UHGV virus genome: UHGV-0110190
DNA from: a virus
DNA: 44,149 nucleotides
Direction: 5' to 3' (one strand)
Shown one piece after another: positions 9,353-18,216 of this stretch; position 1 is the first letter of the stretch, and each line of letters begins with the position of its first letter. Under the pieces are notes generated by a model. It saw only the letters and a program-made list of their open reading frames with translations. It did not search any database and was not told the origin of the DNA. The translations under genes were made by a program, and so were the position numbers.

Positions 9353-9572
9353 TATGTTCCACCTCCTCTATCATAAAATCTATATACTTACGTGCTTTAA
9401 GCAAATCTTGCTCGATCCCTTTATCCTCGTAACGCCAAATATATTTGAGCACATTGCCGCGACAATAATCTCGGTAACCTTTTGAACCAAGCATTCCTCG
9501 AATGGCTTCGATGCACTCCATACCATCAGGTTCTTGGGCGTAATGCGAAGGATGATTTACGTTATCTGTCAT
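9309..9572 (-). CDS. DUF3310 / SaV-like protein
   Basis: DNVNHPSHY...ECIEAI...GNVLKYIWR...DLLKARKY signature; ATG overlaps the stop of the upstream ORF (ATGA). Confidence 0.85.
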   Translation of the reverse strand: MTDNVNHPSHYAQEPDGMECIEAIRGMLGSKGYRDYCRGNVLKYIWRYEDKGIEQDLLKARKYIDFMIEEVEHIEAERKSRVLVPED

Positions 9573-9781
9573 ACTGTCAGCATTGCGATAACGGACGTAA
9601 CCAGGAACCACATGAGCGCTACCATTGCGCTACCAGCTGCGATACCTTTGAATTTGGACGTAACCTTCGGAGGCTTAACTACGGCTATGTCACAAAAAGT
9701 GTCCATAAAAAGCGCAATACACCCGCTGACGCCAGCAACAGCACCGAATAGAAGTGTGATAACTCCCATAACTTGAACCAT
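9569..9781 (-). CDS. Small membrane protein (2 TM)
   Basis: Two hydrophobic segments; coupled to neighbours by TAATG and ATGA overlaps. Confidence 0.6.
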   Translation of the reverse strand: MVQVMGVITLLFGAVAGVSGCIALFMDTFCDIAVVKPPKVTSKFKGIAAGSAMVALMWFLVTSVIAMLTV

Positions 9782-9876
9782 TATACAACCCCTTTAGCCA
9801 ACATCCAACCGATCAACATGCTCATCAAGCAGATAGCGATCCACAGGGTTACTAGCTGTGGTGACCACTTATGCAT
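9781..9876 (-). CDS. 31-aa single-TM peptide, not in the ORF track
   Basis: MHKWSPQLVTLWIAICLMSMLIGWMLAKGVV*; fills the gap exactly with overlapping start/stop on both sides. Confidence 0.55.
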   Translation of the reverse strand: MHKWSPQLVTLWIAICLMSMLIGWMLAKGVV

Positions 9877-10252
9877 CGCTCTCACCAGCCATGAAGTCCA
9901 TGAGTACTTTGAGGCCGTACATTTCACCGTCCAAATCGCCCAGCGCCGCGCAGCACCGAATGTAATTGCTGACCTCCATGATCAACTTCCAACCTTTGAT
10001 GACGAGTTCATTGTAAGGAACCGACCGATCATCCACTATGGATATGTACTCTTCCATCTTCTCCTTGACGAGGTCTCCCTGCTTACCGGCCACGGCAATG
10101 GCCTCGCCAAAGCATTCCGTTACGCTCTCGTTAAGCTCATGTGGATTGTCAGCTTCAATCTGATTGGCAGCCTCGTTCCAAGCCTGTGTTAGCTGGGCAT
10201 TGTTGTTAGGCGGGAATGGATATTCCATCCGTACCTGATAATTCGTAGCCAT
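9869..10252 (-). CDS. Hypothetical phage protein
   Basis: Probable start MATNYQ after a GGGAG SD. Confidence 0.6.
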   Translation of the reverse strand: MATNYQVRMEYPFPPNNNAQLTQAWNEAANQIEADNPHELNESVTECFGEAIAVAGKQGDLVKEKMEEYISIVDDRSVPYNELVIKGWKLIMEVSNYIRCCAALGDLDGEMYGLKVLMDFMAGESDA

Positions 10253-10619
10253 AGTTCTCCCACGCACCTTCCTTAAAATCGTTCTTCGACAACAGATACA
10301 CTCGATTCGACAGACGATAGAATGATATATCATCAGTGCCGAAATTGTCAAGGGCGGCAGCGAACATCGAATGTGCGATGCCCATGAACCGCTCTTGATC
10401 GAAGTCTGCTGTGAACACCAGTCCTTCGATAGGTTCGTCACCCTCTTTGGGGGTCATAATGAAAACGGCCGGGCATTTCGTATCCACAGCAAAGCGGAAC
10501 AAAACCCCGGCCATCAACGTTTCGATAGATGACAAACCTTGCGCGGCTTCGTTGAATTTGCGAAGCTCGACTTGCTTCCCAAGTTCTCGAAGCCGCACCG
10601 TAGGCAGAAATGCTATCAA
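10206..10619 (-). CDS. Hypothetical phage protein
   Basis: 137-aa ORF; TTG overlaps the stop of the upstream membrane ORF (TTGA). Confidence 0.55.
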   Translation of the reverse strand: MIAFLPTVRLRELGKQVELRKFNEAAQGLSSIETLMAGVLFRFAVDTKCPAVFIMTPKEGDEPIEGLVFTADFDQERFMGIAHSMFAAALDNFGTDDISFYRLSNRVYLLSKNDFKEGAWENYGYELSGTDGISIPA

Positions 10620-10795
10620 TTCTTAGCGAGTAGTGCCGCTGCGATGATGAGCACGCACGCGAAGGACAACCCCCCAACTCCGAATGCGGTAAAGATCACC
10701 ATCCCAAGCCAACACAAAAACAAGTAAGCTAACACTGAAATAGCCAAGCAAGCTATCACGCCAAGAATTCCACCGATGATCTTGACTGCGTTCAT
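10616..10795 (-). CDS. 59-aa hydrophobic membrane protein, not in the ORF track
   Basis: MNAVKIIGGILGVIACLAISVLAYLFLCWLGMVIFTAFGVGGLSFACVLIIAAALLAKN*; fills the operon gap. Confidence 0.6.
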   Translation of the reverse strand: MNAVKIIGGILGVIACLAISVLAYLFLCWLGMVIFTAFGVGGLSFACVLIIAAALLAKN

Positions 10796-10797
10796 GA

Positions 10798-11310
10798 TTA
10801 AGCGTTCGCTTCGATAACCTTCTCGGCGGACAGATGCTCGACCTGGTGCAGCGTCACAACCGTGTAAGTCATGGCGGCAAGCGCGTCCACGATAGCCTGG
10901 GTGTATTCCTCGTCCTTGAACGTGCGGGCGATGGAGCCACGGGGAGCGTCCAGAATCTCCAGCATGGCGTCCGTAGCGCTAGCACTAGCCGAATTAATGT
11001 CGCTGGTGATCGCGTCCAGAATCTCGGCCAGAACCTCGACACGAGCCTTGTCGCGAACCTCGTTAACGTAATCAGCGAACCCTCCGTACAGATAGCCAGT
11101 CAGCCCCTTCTTGCGACTCAGCTTTTCAACTCGCCCATTCTCGAACGCATCGATCAGCATTTCCTCCACCACGTTGCAGATGAACTCCATCGTCTCCACG
11201 CCATGTTTCGAAGCCTCGCGCTCCTTCGGGGTAGCAGCCGCATCAGCCGCATCGCACAGGTTGTTCAGAACATCGTCCATCAGCTGCTCTATCGTCGTGT
11301 AAGTAGTCAT
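10798..11310 (-). CDS. Hypothetical alpha-helical phage protein
   Basis: 170-aa ORF with AAGGAG SD. Confidence 0.65.
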   Translation of the reverse strand: MTTYTTIEQLMDDVLNNLCDAADAAATPKEREASKHGVETMEFICNVVEEMLIDAFENGRVEKLSRKKGLTGYLYGGFADYVNEVRDKARVEVLAEILDAITSDINSASASATDAMLEILDAPRGSIARTFKDEEYTQAIVDALAAMTYTVVTLHQVEHLSAEKVIEANA

Positions 11311-11311
11311 A

Positions 11312-12706
11312 CTAAGCTCCTTTTCTCGTTTTCATTTCAGCATGTTCCTTGCGTTTAAGCTCAATCCATAGCTTCTCGTTGAAGTCCTCGTGAGCTTGCA
11401 AGCGTTCGTAAATGTCTCGTTCAATCGAGTCCTTCGTCAAAAGGAATGTGAACGTGCAAGCCCGTGAAACTCCATTTCGATGCGTACGGCTTCTGCTTTG
11501 ATCGAGCACCGTGCTTGATGTGCAAGGTTCATAATAGATTGTATCACTTGCCGTGTACAAGTCAATACCCGCGTTCGCACTTTTATACTGGGCGAGAAAG
11601 ACTTTACACTCGTTTGCGCTCGCCGCTTGGAAGTCTCGCCAAATGTTCTTGTTCGATTGTTCTCCGTTGAGGAACATGAACGGTATTTTGAGCTTCTTCA
11701 AAGCGTGTGCCAACGTCTTGAACGATTCTATGAACTCATAGAATACCACCGTCTTGTTCGGGTTGTTCTCAATCAACTCCATGGCATATTCCACCTTGTA
11801 GTTGTTGAGGGGCAGCACCTTGCCCTCGCCCTTGATATGTCCCGATGCGATTTGACGTAAACGCAGCGTCCTTACCAAAGCGTTGTCGAACACCTCTTCC
11901 GTGGCTTCAATCACGTTCTCGTTCAGCGCGTCCAAATACGTCTGTTCCGTGCTCGCTCCTGTAGCCTTGTTCGTGCCTCCCTTCCATGGTATCTCGATCG
12001 CATTATCAGGCATTACCTCGGGTAAGTCCAAGCACTCGTCCTTCGTGATTGACTGGGAATATCCTGCCACCTCGGTAAGCAGCTTGTCCGCGTTGCGGTA
12101 CCCGTCAATCACCTTCACGTAAGTGCCCGGAAGGAAATGCGTTTTCAAATACTCCCGCTCGAAGCTGGGGTAATTGTAGTAGTTGCCTCCTGTGACCGTC
12201 ATCATGAATGACCAAAAATCTTCCAGTCGTGAGTTGGTCACAGGGGTTCCCGTCATGGCGTAACGATATTTGATGCGGTTGATCAGGCCTTTCGATCTTC
12301 CTGTCCCGATCACGTACTTGCTTCGGTTGGATGTTGGGCGAGCCAGGCAATGCGCTTCGTCCATAACTATAGCGTCGAACTCGGTGTTATCGACTAGTTT
12401 TCTGTATTTGCTGTCTTTGCGGGACAGCTTCTCGTAGTTCATCAAGACGATGCGGCCGCGCAGAGCCTCCGATCTGTAGGCTAACCCCTGCGCCTCCATC
12501 GTGTCCAAATCCCTATCCACGGCTCCCAGAGCCGATTTGGGAGCAAGCCATAAGATGGTCTCCACTTCACCGCTTAGCACCAGATTGGATAGGTGGATAA
12601 GCATAGTGAGCGTCTTGCCGCTGCCCATATCCCAGAACAAACCGAAACTATCGTGCTCGGCTAACAGCTCGATGCCTTTAGCCTGGTGCTCGAACAGCTT
12701 GATCAA
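11312..12706 (-). CDS. SNF2-like (SF2) helicase
   Basis: DMGSGKT (Walker A), DEAH, MTGTP, AGIDL and QSRSRTHRNG motifs; TTG start overlaps the upstream stop. Confidence 0.9.
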   Translation of the reverse strand: MIKLFEHQAKGIELLAEHDSFGLFWDMGSGKTLTMLIHLSNLVLSGEVETILWLAPKSALGAVDRDLDTMEAQGLAYRSEALRGRIVLMNYEKLSRKDSKYRKLVDNTEFDAIVMDEAHCLARPTSNRSKYVIGTGRSKGLINRIKYRYAMTGTPVTNSRLEDFWSFMMTVTGGNYYNYPSFEREYLKTHFLPGTYVKVIDGYRNADKLLTEVAGYSQSITKDECLDLPEVMPDNAIEIPWKGGTNKATGASTEQTYLDALNENVIEATEEVFDNALVRTLRLRQIASGHIKGEGKVLPLNNYKVEYAMELIENNPNKTVVFYEFIESFKTLAHALKKLKIPFMFLNGEQSNKNIWRDFQAASANECKVFLAQYKSANAGIDLYTASDTIYYEPCTSSTVLDQSRSRTHRNGVSRACTFTFLLTKDSIERDIYERLQAHEDFNEKLWIELKRKEHAEMKTRKGA

Positions 12707-12927
12707 AAGTCCATCACCTTCCAATTGCGATTAACCAGTTCCAACGTATCGTACGGAATCGTACACTGAGCACCATTGCCAGGGTCTATCACCGTGACGT
12801 ACTGCTTGCCACGAGAGTCAAAGTACCTTCGCGCTGGCTTCACATAGATATAATACCGACGGCCATTTTGAACATAGAACGGATAGTAGGGTACTATGCC
12901 CGACGTGCCGACGAATCGAGCGATCAT
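12703..12927 (-). CDS. Hypothetical phage protein
   Basis: 74-aa ORF coupled to both neighbours. Confidence 0.55.
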   Translation of the reverse strand: MIARFVGTSGIVPYYPFYVQNGRRYYIYVKPARRYFDSRGKQYVTVIDPGNGAQCTIPYDTLELVNRNWKVMDF

Positions 12928-13202
12928 TTGCGCACCACCTTGAATCGAGGAGTCGTAGTAGGCTTAGTACAAGCGCTGTACTCTTCGACCCCGTATCGTT
13001 TGATAAAGATATTCTTGTTGAAGCGCTTCGACGTAACCTCGGTGACCTGCACCTTGAATCGGTCGGTTTCGAAGTCTCCTTGTGCGTTGCGGAACTCCTT
13101 TTTAAGCTCCGACAACAACGAATCCGCAATGCTCTTGTGGCGTAAATACTGTTCTGCCAGTTGGTTCACGCGCTCTTTGCGCGTTCCGATCAGCTTTGAC
13201 AT
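12924..13202 (-). CDS. Basic hypothetical protein resembling a stand-alone YqaJ C-terminal domain
   Basis: AAGGAG SD; helix followed by VTSKRFNK...YSACTKPTTTPRFKV. Confidence 0.55.
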   Translation of the reverse strand: MSKLIGTRKERVNQLAEQYLRHKSIADSLLSELKKEFRNAQGDFETDRFKVQVTEVTSKRFNKNIFIKRYGVEEYSACTKPTTTPRFKVVRK

Positions 13203-13244
13203 GATGCGCTCCTTCCTTCGGCATTCCTAGCATACCACAAAAAA

Positions 13245-13577
13245 TCAATCCGGTGAATAGCCCCAATGCGAAACCGCCATGTTCGGATTCTTGACCAAAG
13301 TATCGATTGTGCGAGCGAACGACGTGAAGTTGTATTTGTCCACGCAGCACGCCACGCCTCCGCAACTCGCTATTTTATTCAAGCGCATGATCTGGGCTTT
13401 CGTGAGCTGATACGGGCCGTTCTTATCGTCTTTCACCTCGATGCCGACGAATCGACCGTTCACACAGGCGATAAGGTCGGGCATGCCTGTGGTTGACGTA
13501 ACCCGCAACCCTATGCACTTGCTGTGATGTTGCAGCAGATGTTTAACCTTCTGCAACACGCTTGCTTCGTTAGCCAT
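13245..13577 (-). CDS. VRR-NUC nuclease / Holliday junction resolvase
   Basis: NEASV...GMPDLIACVNGRFVGIEVK...LTKAQ PD-(D/E)xK motif; start MANE after GGAAAGG. Confidence 0.85.
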   Translation of the reverse strand: MANEASVLQKVKHLLQHHSKCIGLRVTSTTGMPDLIACVNGRFVGIEVKDDKNGPYQLTKAQIMRLNKIASCGGVACCVDKYNFTSFARTIDTLVKNPNMAVSHWGYSPD

Positions 13578-13578
13578 A

Positions 13579-13755
13579 TCAATCCTTTCCCAAAACCATA
13601 AGGAACGACGCATACCACGCAACGCACCATGCTAGCAACAATACTATCACTTCCAATGGAGACGTAGGAACAACGCCTAACAGGAGAGCGGCCAGCGTGA
13701 GACACATGACCACACCGGCAGCTAACCTTACCCTCCGCTTATCCTCGGCTGTCAT
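13579..13755 (-). CDS. 58-aa membrane protein (2 TM), not in the ORF track
   Basis: MTAEDKRRVRLAAGVVMCLTLAALLLGVVPTSPLEVIVLLLAWCVAWYASFLMVLGKD* after an AAGGAG SD. Confidence 0.6.
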   Translation of the reverse strand: MTAEDKRRVRLAAGVVMCLTLAALLLGVVPTSPLEVIVLLLAWCVAWYASFLMVLGKD

Positions 13756-13758
13756 TTA

Positions 13759-15402
13759 TTACAGCTCCTTCAACAGATTGCGATGTTTGATATACTCGAT
13801 GGTCTTTTCCAGCTTGACGTAAGGTATTGTGGCACGAATGAAGTCTCCCCACACCATATCGTACAATTCTACAAGATTCTTATCAGCGCACACGTCGAGC
13901 AAAGCGCTGGTGAAGTCTACCGTAGCCCGCAGCGTATCCGGGTTGTGAGTACCCTTCCACAGCCTGAACTCCACGGTCGCGGCAGGGGATAGGTTAACCG
14001 CCTTGTAACGGTTGTGTCCTGCATTCTCCATCTTGAGGTGTAACAACTCGTTATCGTCAACCTTGTTGATGTCCGCTCGTGGACGATCAGCCCAATGCCG
14101 CGCTTGCGCCTTGCTGATACGCCGTCCGAACTGGCATAGCTCGGGATAGAACTTGTCGAAGATCAGCAGAACCTTGGCCATGGTAAGATCGAAGTTCGAG
14201 ATGGAATCCTTGTTCACATGGATATGCAACCCGCACGTCTTTGTGTTGTGCGACTTCATGTGGTACTTCTTGGCTTGCTCATGGATGAAGTCGAACGGGT
14301 AACCGTCAAGCGCATAACCAAGCGCGATGGGAACCGTCGTTACCTCGACCCCCGTGACCTCGCCAAGATCGTTACGCAACGAACCGTCATGCTTGAAGTA
14401 GAACAGATGATCGATCCCTGCGTCTACCGCGGCGTCATAGCAACCTTCCACGAACTCGTTACGCTCGCCTTTATCGACCTCAATTTCCAAACCGACGTAA
14501 CGCACGCCTTTAACCGGACGGCCCTTGTGACACTCGTCACGTGCATGAGCGAACAAAGGAGTGGGCTTGTAGTAGCACTGTTTCACCAAGTTGTCTCGGC
14601 AAATGATGCGCTCGCAATCGTTGCATCTTTCGGCAGCCTCGTTCCAATTCTTAGCGGGGACGAAGGACAAACACTCGTCACAGTATTCGTACTCGTCGGC
14701 CAAAACATCACGAGGCAAGCACTGGGGACACACGTAAGCTCGAATGTTACCGGTTGCCTCCGAAGTCACAGGGTGCATGTCGCATCGTACGTGATATTCG
14801 CCGCATATCGCGCACACCTCCACCTCGTAGACGGCACATTCATGGCATAGGTGCTCGAACGCGTTGCCGTGTCCATTGAGCACGTCATGACCGTCCAGCT
14901 CATCATGATAGTCCGTCCCAGTCCTTTGCTGGCACAATTGGCACCTGGGCGTATCGGAATAAAGCTCCGCGTAAATCCATTCTTCGAGCTGGTCTGCTTG
15001 CCGGTCGAATAGCAGCCGGCGCATGGTGGCGCTGGCGAGCCATGCACTTCCAGTCATATCGTGAAAATCGACGTCGAGAAACCATCCATTCTCGAATCGT
15101 TTAACCTCGAAGTCATCGCTCAACCTACCCGGCAAACAATCGACGCGGTAAAGCTCTCCGTTCTTAACCAAGTACGCTCGATTGGTCTTGAAACTCGTAC
15201 AATTTCCCTGTTCGACAGTTTTGATCATCACCCGGTTCAGGTTATGCACAGGAGTGTCCACAACGTATTCCCGCACCGCGTCGATGGAATGGCTGGCGAT
15301 CAGATGATCGTCGAACACGATCTGGAACATCCTGTTATCGTCCTCCCCGACCGTGCATAACTTGCACCTGTTCTCCGTGCCTATAATCTCGACAACAGAC
15401 AT
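13759..15402 (-). CDS. Putative amidoligase (COOH-NH2 ligase type 2) with N-terminal Zn-ribbon repeats
   Basis: GLEIEVD, FKHDGSL, GVEVTT, TCGLHIHV, RYKAVNL and TVEFRLWKGT motifs; several CxxC pairs upstream; start MSVVE overlaps the upstream stop (TGATG). Confidence 0.8.
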   Translation of the reverse strand: MSVVEIIGTENRCKLCTVGEDDNRMFQIVFDDHLIASHSIDAVREYVVDTPVHNLNRVMIKTVEQGNCTSFKTNRAYLVKNGELYRVDCLPGRLSDDFEVKRFENGWFLDVDFHDMTGSAWLASATMRRLLFDRQADQLEEWIYAELYSDTPRCQLCQQRTGTDYHDELDGHDVLNGHGNAFEHLCHECAVYEVEVCAICGEYHVRCDMHPVTSEATGNIRAYVCPQCLPRDVLADEYEYCDECLSFVPAKNWNEAAERCNDCERIICRDNLVKQCYYKPTPLFAHARDECHKGRPVKGVRYVGLEIEVDKGERNEFVEGCYDAAVDAGIDHLFYFKHDGSLRNDLGEVTGVEVTTVPIALGYALDGYPFDFIHEQAKKYHMKSHNTKTCGLHIHVNKDSISNFDLTMAKVLLIFDKFYPELCQFGRRISKAQARHWADRPRADINKVDDNELLHLKMENAGHNRYKAVNLSPAATVEFRLWKGTHNPDTLRATVDFTSALLDVCADKNLVELYDMVWGDFIRATIPYVKLEKTIEYIKHRNLLKEL

Positions 15403-16313
15403 CACCGCACCTCCGTTTCCTGTATATACTTGCCGTTCTCGACAAGTTCGCGGATGCCGTCGGGACACACCCAACCCAAATCCGTCACGTTCTGCCAATC
15501 TGCTGCAAGCCCCACAATCTCGTATGTTTGATGGTGGGCGCAAAAGCGGCATGTCATATTAACGCCGTCGATCTTGAAATAACGTTCGCCGTAACGGCAC
15601 TCGTCGCATACCTTCACCGTCTTGCGCTGGCCGTCCGGCATGGCAACCTTGAGCTCTCGAAGGTCGCCGGGATGATGCACATTGCCGCATAACTCGCATC
15701 GAGCGACGGACTTATCGTGCGCACACGCCTCGCAATATACAGGGTACCCGTACGTCGCACTAGTATAATCCGGGTGCGGCTCGCCGTAGCACTTATCGCA
15801 CACCCGAAGAAAAACCTCCTCGTTCGCCTGCACGCAAGACTCCGCGTTGAACTCGTGACAACCGATCAACTCGTCGAACGCCTCATCGGACGCAACCCTC
15901 AACGTGCGTTCGTTGCCGGCTGCCAGGACGAACCGAGCGCCCCAATCCCAATACGCGATCATCCAACGGTAACCGTACTCGTCCCCATCATCGTCCTTGT
16001 GATACCTTTCGGTTTGAAAGCGAAGATGAGAGCGCTCGAGAACAGACTTCACGCCCGTGACATAGTTATCGATGAGAATATCCGCGTTGTTCGCGTCGCA
16101 CGTCGGCGCTTCGAAAAATACGTCCTTATGCGTGCAACCTTCCATCATGACGCACCACAGATGGGCAACGTTGGCAAGGTACTCGACGATCGGCTTGCAA
16201 TTGTTCCCCTTTTCGAACTCCTTGGCCATCTTACGAATCGCACTCATGTTGCGGGTACGCAACCGCTCGATAGAGCCATCCACCGTGTCGTAGTGCCGTC
16301 CAAATGCTCTCAT
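15402..16313 (-). CDS. Hypothetical protein with multiple C-terminal CxxC Zn-ribbons
   Basis: CDKC, CEAC, CELC, CDEC and CRFC motifs; GAGG SD. Confidence 0.7.
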   Translation of the reverse strand: MRAFGRHYDTVDGSIERLRTRNMSAIRKMAKEFEKGNNCKPIVEYLANVAHLWCVMMEGCTHKDVFFEAPTCDANNADILIDNYVTGVKSVLERSHLRFQTERYHKDDDGDEYGYRWMIAYWDWGARFVLAAGNERTLRVASDEAFDELIGCHEFNAESCVQANEEVFLRVCDKCYGEPHPDYTSATYGYPVYCEACAHDKSVARCELCGNVHHPGDLRELKVAMPDGQRKTVKVCDECRYGERYFKIDGVNMTCRFCAHHQTYEIVGLAADWQNVTDLGWVCPDGIRELVENGKYIQETEVR

Positions 16314-16359
16314 TGTTCCTTCTTTCCGCTGTGAGCCAACCTATTGCAAATTTGCTTTC

Positions 16360-16638
16360 CTACGCTTGCTCAACCTTAACGCTATTGTCGCGCTTGTCAA
16401 CCGTCACTGTGAAGTCCACACCGATCATAGGCGTGGAGAACTGCATGGTGTACACGTCCACGCACTTCCCACAACTCGCGCTAATGAGGTGGACGCGCCC
16501 GACGAACAGCCCGGTGCGCAACCGCAACTCGCTCTCCAGCAGCTCGGTGTCGATGCCTCCCGTGTCCTCGATGATGCCATCCTCGTGCTCGAAAGTTTCT
16601 TTGATCTGATCCATCATGTGATTCATGTCGTTCTCCAA
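16360..16638 (-). CDS. Hypothetical phage protein
   Basis: 92-aa ORF in operon; exact start uncertain. Confidence 0.55.
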   Translation of the reverse strand: MENDMNHMMDQIKETFEHEDGIIEDTGGIDTELLESELRLRTGLFVGRVHLISASCGKCVDVYTMQFSTPMIGVDFTVTVDKRDNSVKVEQA

Positions 16639-16650
16639 TCCTTCTCGATC

Positions 16651-16842
16651 TTACCATCGCCAGCATTCGTTAAAGTCCACCTCGTCGGCGTCCTTCGGCT
16701 CATCGTCCTTGTGCCTCATATATGTGTAAGCCCCGAGGTAGCACGATACGAGGAATACGCATTCCAGCCACCCGTGGAACATGCAGACCACGAGGGCGAC
16801 CAATCCTAAGAAATACGCAGCGAAGCCAATGACCCTGTCCAT
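16651..16842 (-). CDS. Small membrane protein with acidic tail
   Basis: Two hydrophobic stretches; GAGGTG SD. Confidence 0.55.
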   Translation of the reverse strand: MDRVIGFAAYFLGLVALVVCMFHGWLECVFLVSCYLGAYTYMRHKDDEPKDADEVDFNECWRW

Positions 16843-16857
16843 CCCGGCACCTCTATT

Positions 16858-17064
16858 CTAGTCGTTGTCGTTGTTGTCGCCGTGCGCCTCGATCCATTCG
16901 TCGCACGCCTCGATGACCCCTTGCCCGAACTCGCCGGGCAGCTCGCCGTCCGCGTACTCATCCGCGTACGCCTCGGCCACGCCCACGGCGTACCGGACGC
17001 CGCACCGCCTGCGCGCCTCGTCGAACCATGCGCGCCCGTCGGCCCTCCGACCGCCCTCGCCCAT
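16858..17064 (-). CDS. Small acidic early protein
   Basis: GGGAGG SD; 68 aa; GC-rich third codon positions. Confidence 0.55.
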   Translation of the reverse strand: MGEGGRRADGRAWFDEARRRCGVRYAVGVAEAYADEYADGELPGEFGQGVIEACDEWIEAHGDNNDND

Positions 17065-17403
17065 GCCACCACCTCCCGTGTCCTATCCGCCATACCATCA
17101 TATATAATCTAATTACAGTCCTTCGCGCCCTATCATAGATATAGCGCCCTCGCGAGCGTGCTGAATCCAGCCCGCCCACGGGGACGCTATGCAGTTGTCA
17201 AGGTGCCGCCAGCAGTCGAGCGCGTTCTCGGTGCCCCACTTGTTGACAGTCCATAGTGTACGCCAGGGAGCCACGGGGGGCAAGGGGCCTGCGCCCGTCT
17301 CCACGAGTCCTCCATAATCCGACGAGAGACGATGAGAGACGATGAAGTTAAGCATGGTTGACTTCAAAGTTAGCCAAGACCTACTTTATTTTCGGCCAAA
17401 ATG

Positions 17404-17958
17404 CGGTATGTCGGTAGGCGCAGGTCACAGGGGGTGTTTTTCGTTCGATTCGCATAATGCCTGATAGATGCGTAAAGGTAGCTTTGGTTAACTCCTTTAC
17501 GTATAAATGTTCGCTTTTTGGGAAAAATAAGGGAAGTTTATTAATGGTGAACTGGGATTATAGAACAGATGTTGCACGAACAAATATACGGTATGTGCGT
17601 TTGGCCTGATCAGAGTGGGTATTTTAGGTACTAAAATGACTTCCTACCGATGAAAAAAAAGCGAACATATATACGGTAGGCCCTGATCAATCTAATCATC
17701 CTTTACGCATACCGATAAAAGTACCACCGTCCATATTTCTGCACTCAAAAAGTAGCTAATATATAGCATACTAACTAAATTACACTCTATATATACCTTT
17801 GCCAAAAAAGGCCATTTCATCGGTATGCGGTAGGAAATGGGGTCTGATCAGGCTGAATAATCCTACCGATGACTTTTCGAATTGTGGAGAAACGAGCCTG
17901 TGACCTGCGCCTACCGATGCCATCAGGGGAAATACCTTCATCGGTAGGTCCTGATCAG
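17404..17958. repeat. Non-coding iteron / nested inverted-repeat locus, putative replication origin
   Basis: 11 copies of CGGTA(G/T)G on both strands, 4 copies of CTGATCA, perfect 21-bp IR at 17411-17431/17897-17917, AT-rich core. Confidence 0.7.
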
Positions 17959-18064
17959 CGATAGGGTGCATTTGAGAATAATACAAATATTTTCGCGATT
18001 TTAATTCCTAGTGAATAACTCAGAATTAGAATATGCAGTATTTTCGAGGGTCAAAAACCGTTCA

Positions 18065-18129
18065 CCGGCGATTTGCTACCGTTCATATGCGTGTAGCGTT
18101 ACAACTCGCCGGCGATTTGCTACCGTTCA
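18065..18129 (+). repeat. 21-bp perfect direct repeat CCGGCGATTTGCTACCGTTCA x2
   Basis: Copies at 18065-18085 and 18109-18129. Confidence 0.9.
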
Positions 18130-18181
18130 CCCTTTCCGCAGGTCAAAAGGGGTGTTATGCATTTTTGGGTTATTTTTATGC

Positions 18182-18216
18182 AAAAAAGAAATAGGGCCCC
18201 TAAAAGGCCCTGTTTT
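18182..18216 (-). terminator. Intrinsic terminator ending the first leftward mini-operon
   Basis: Minus strand reads AAACAGGGCC-TTTTAGG-GGCCCTATTT followed by CTTTTTT. Confidence 0.7.
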
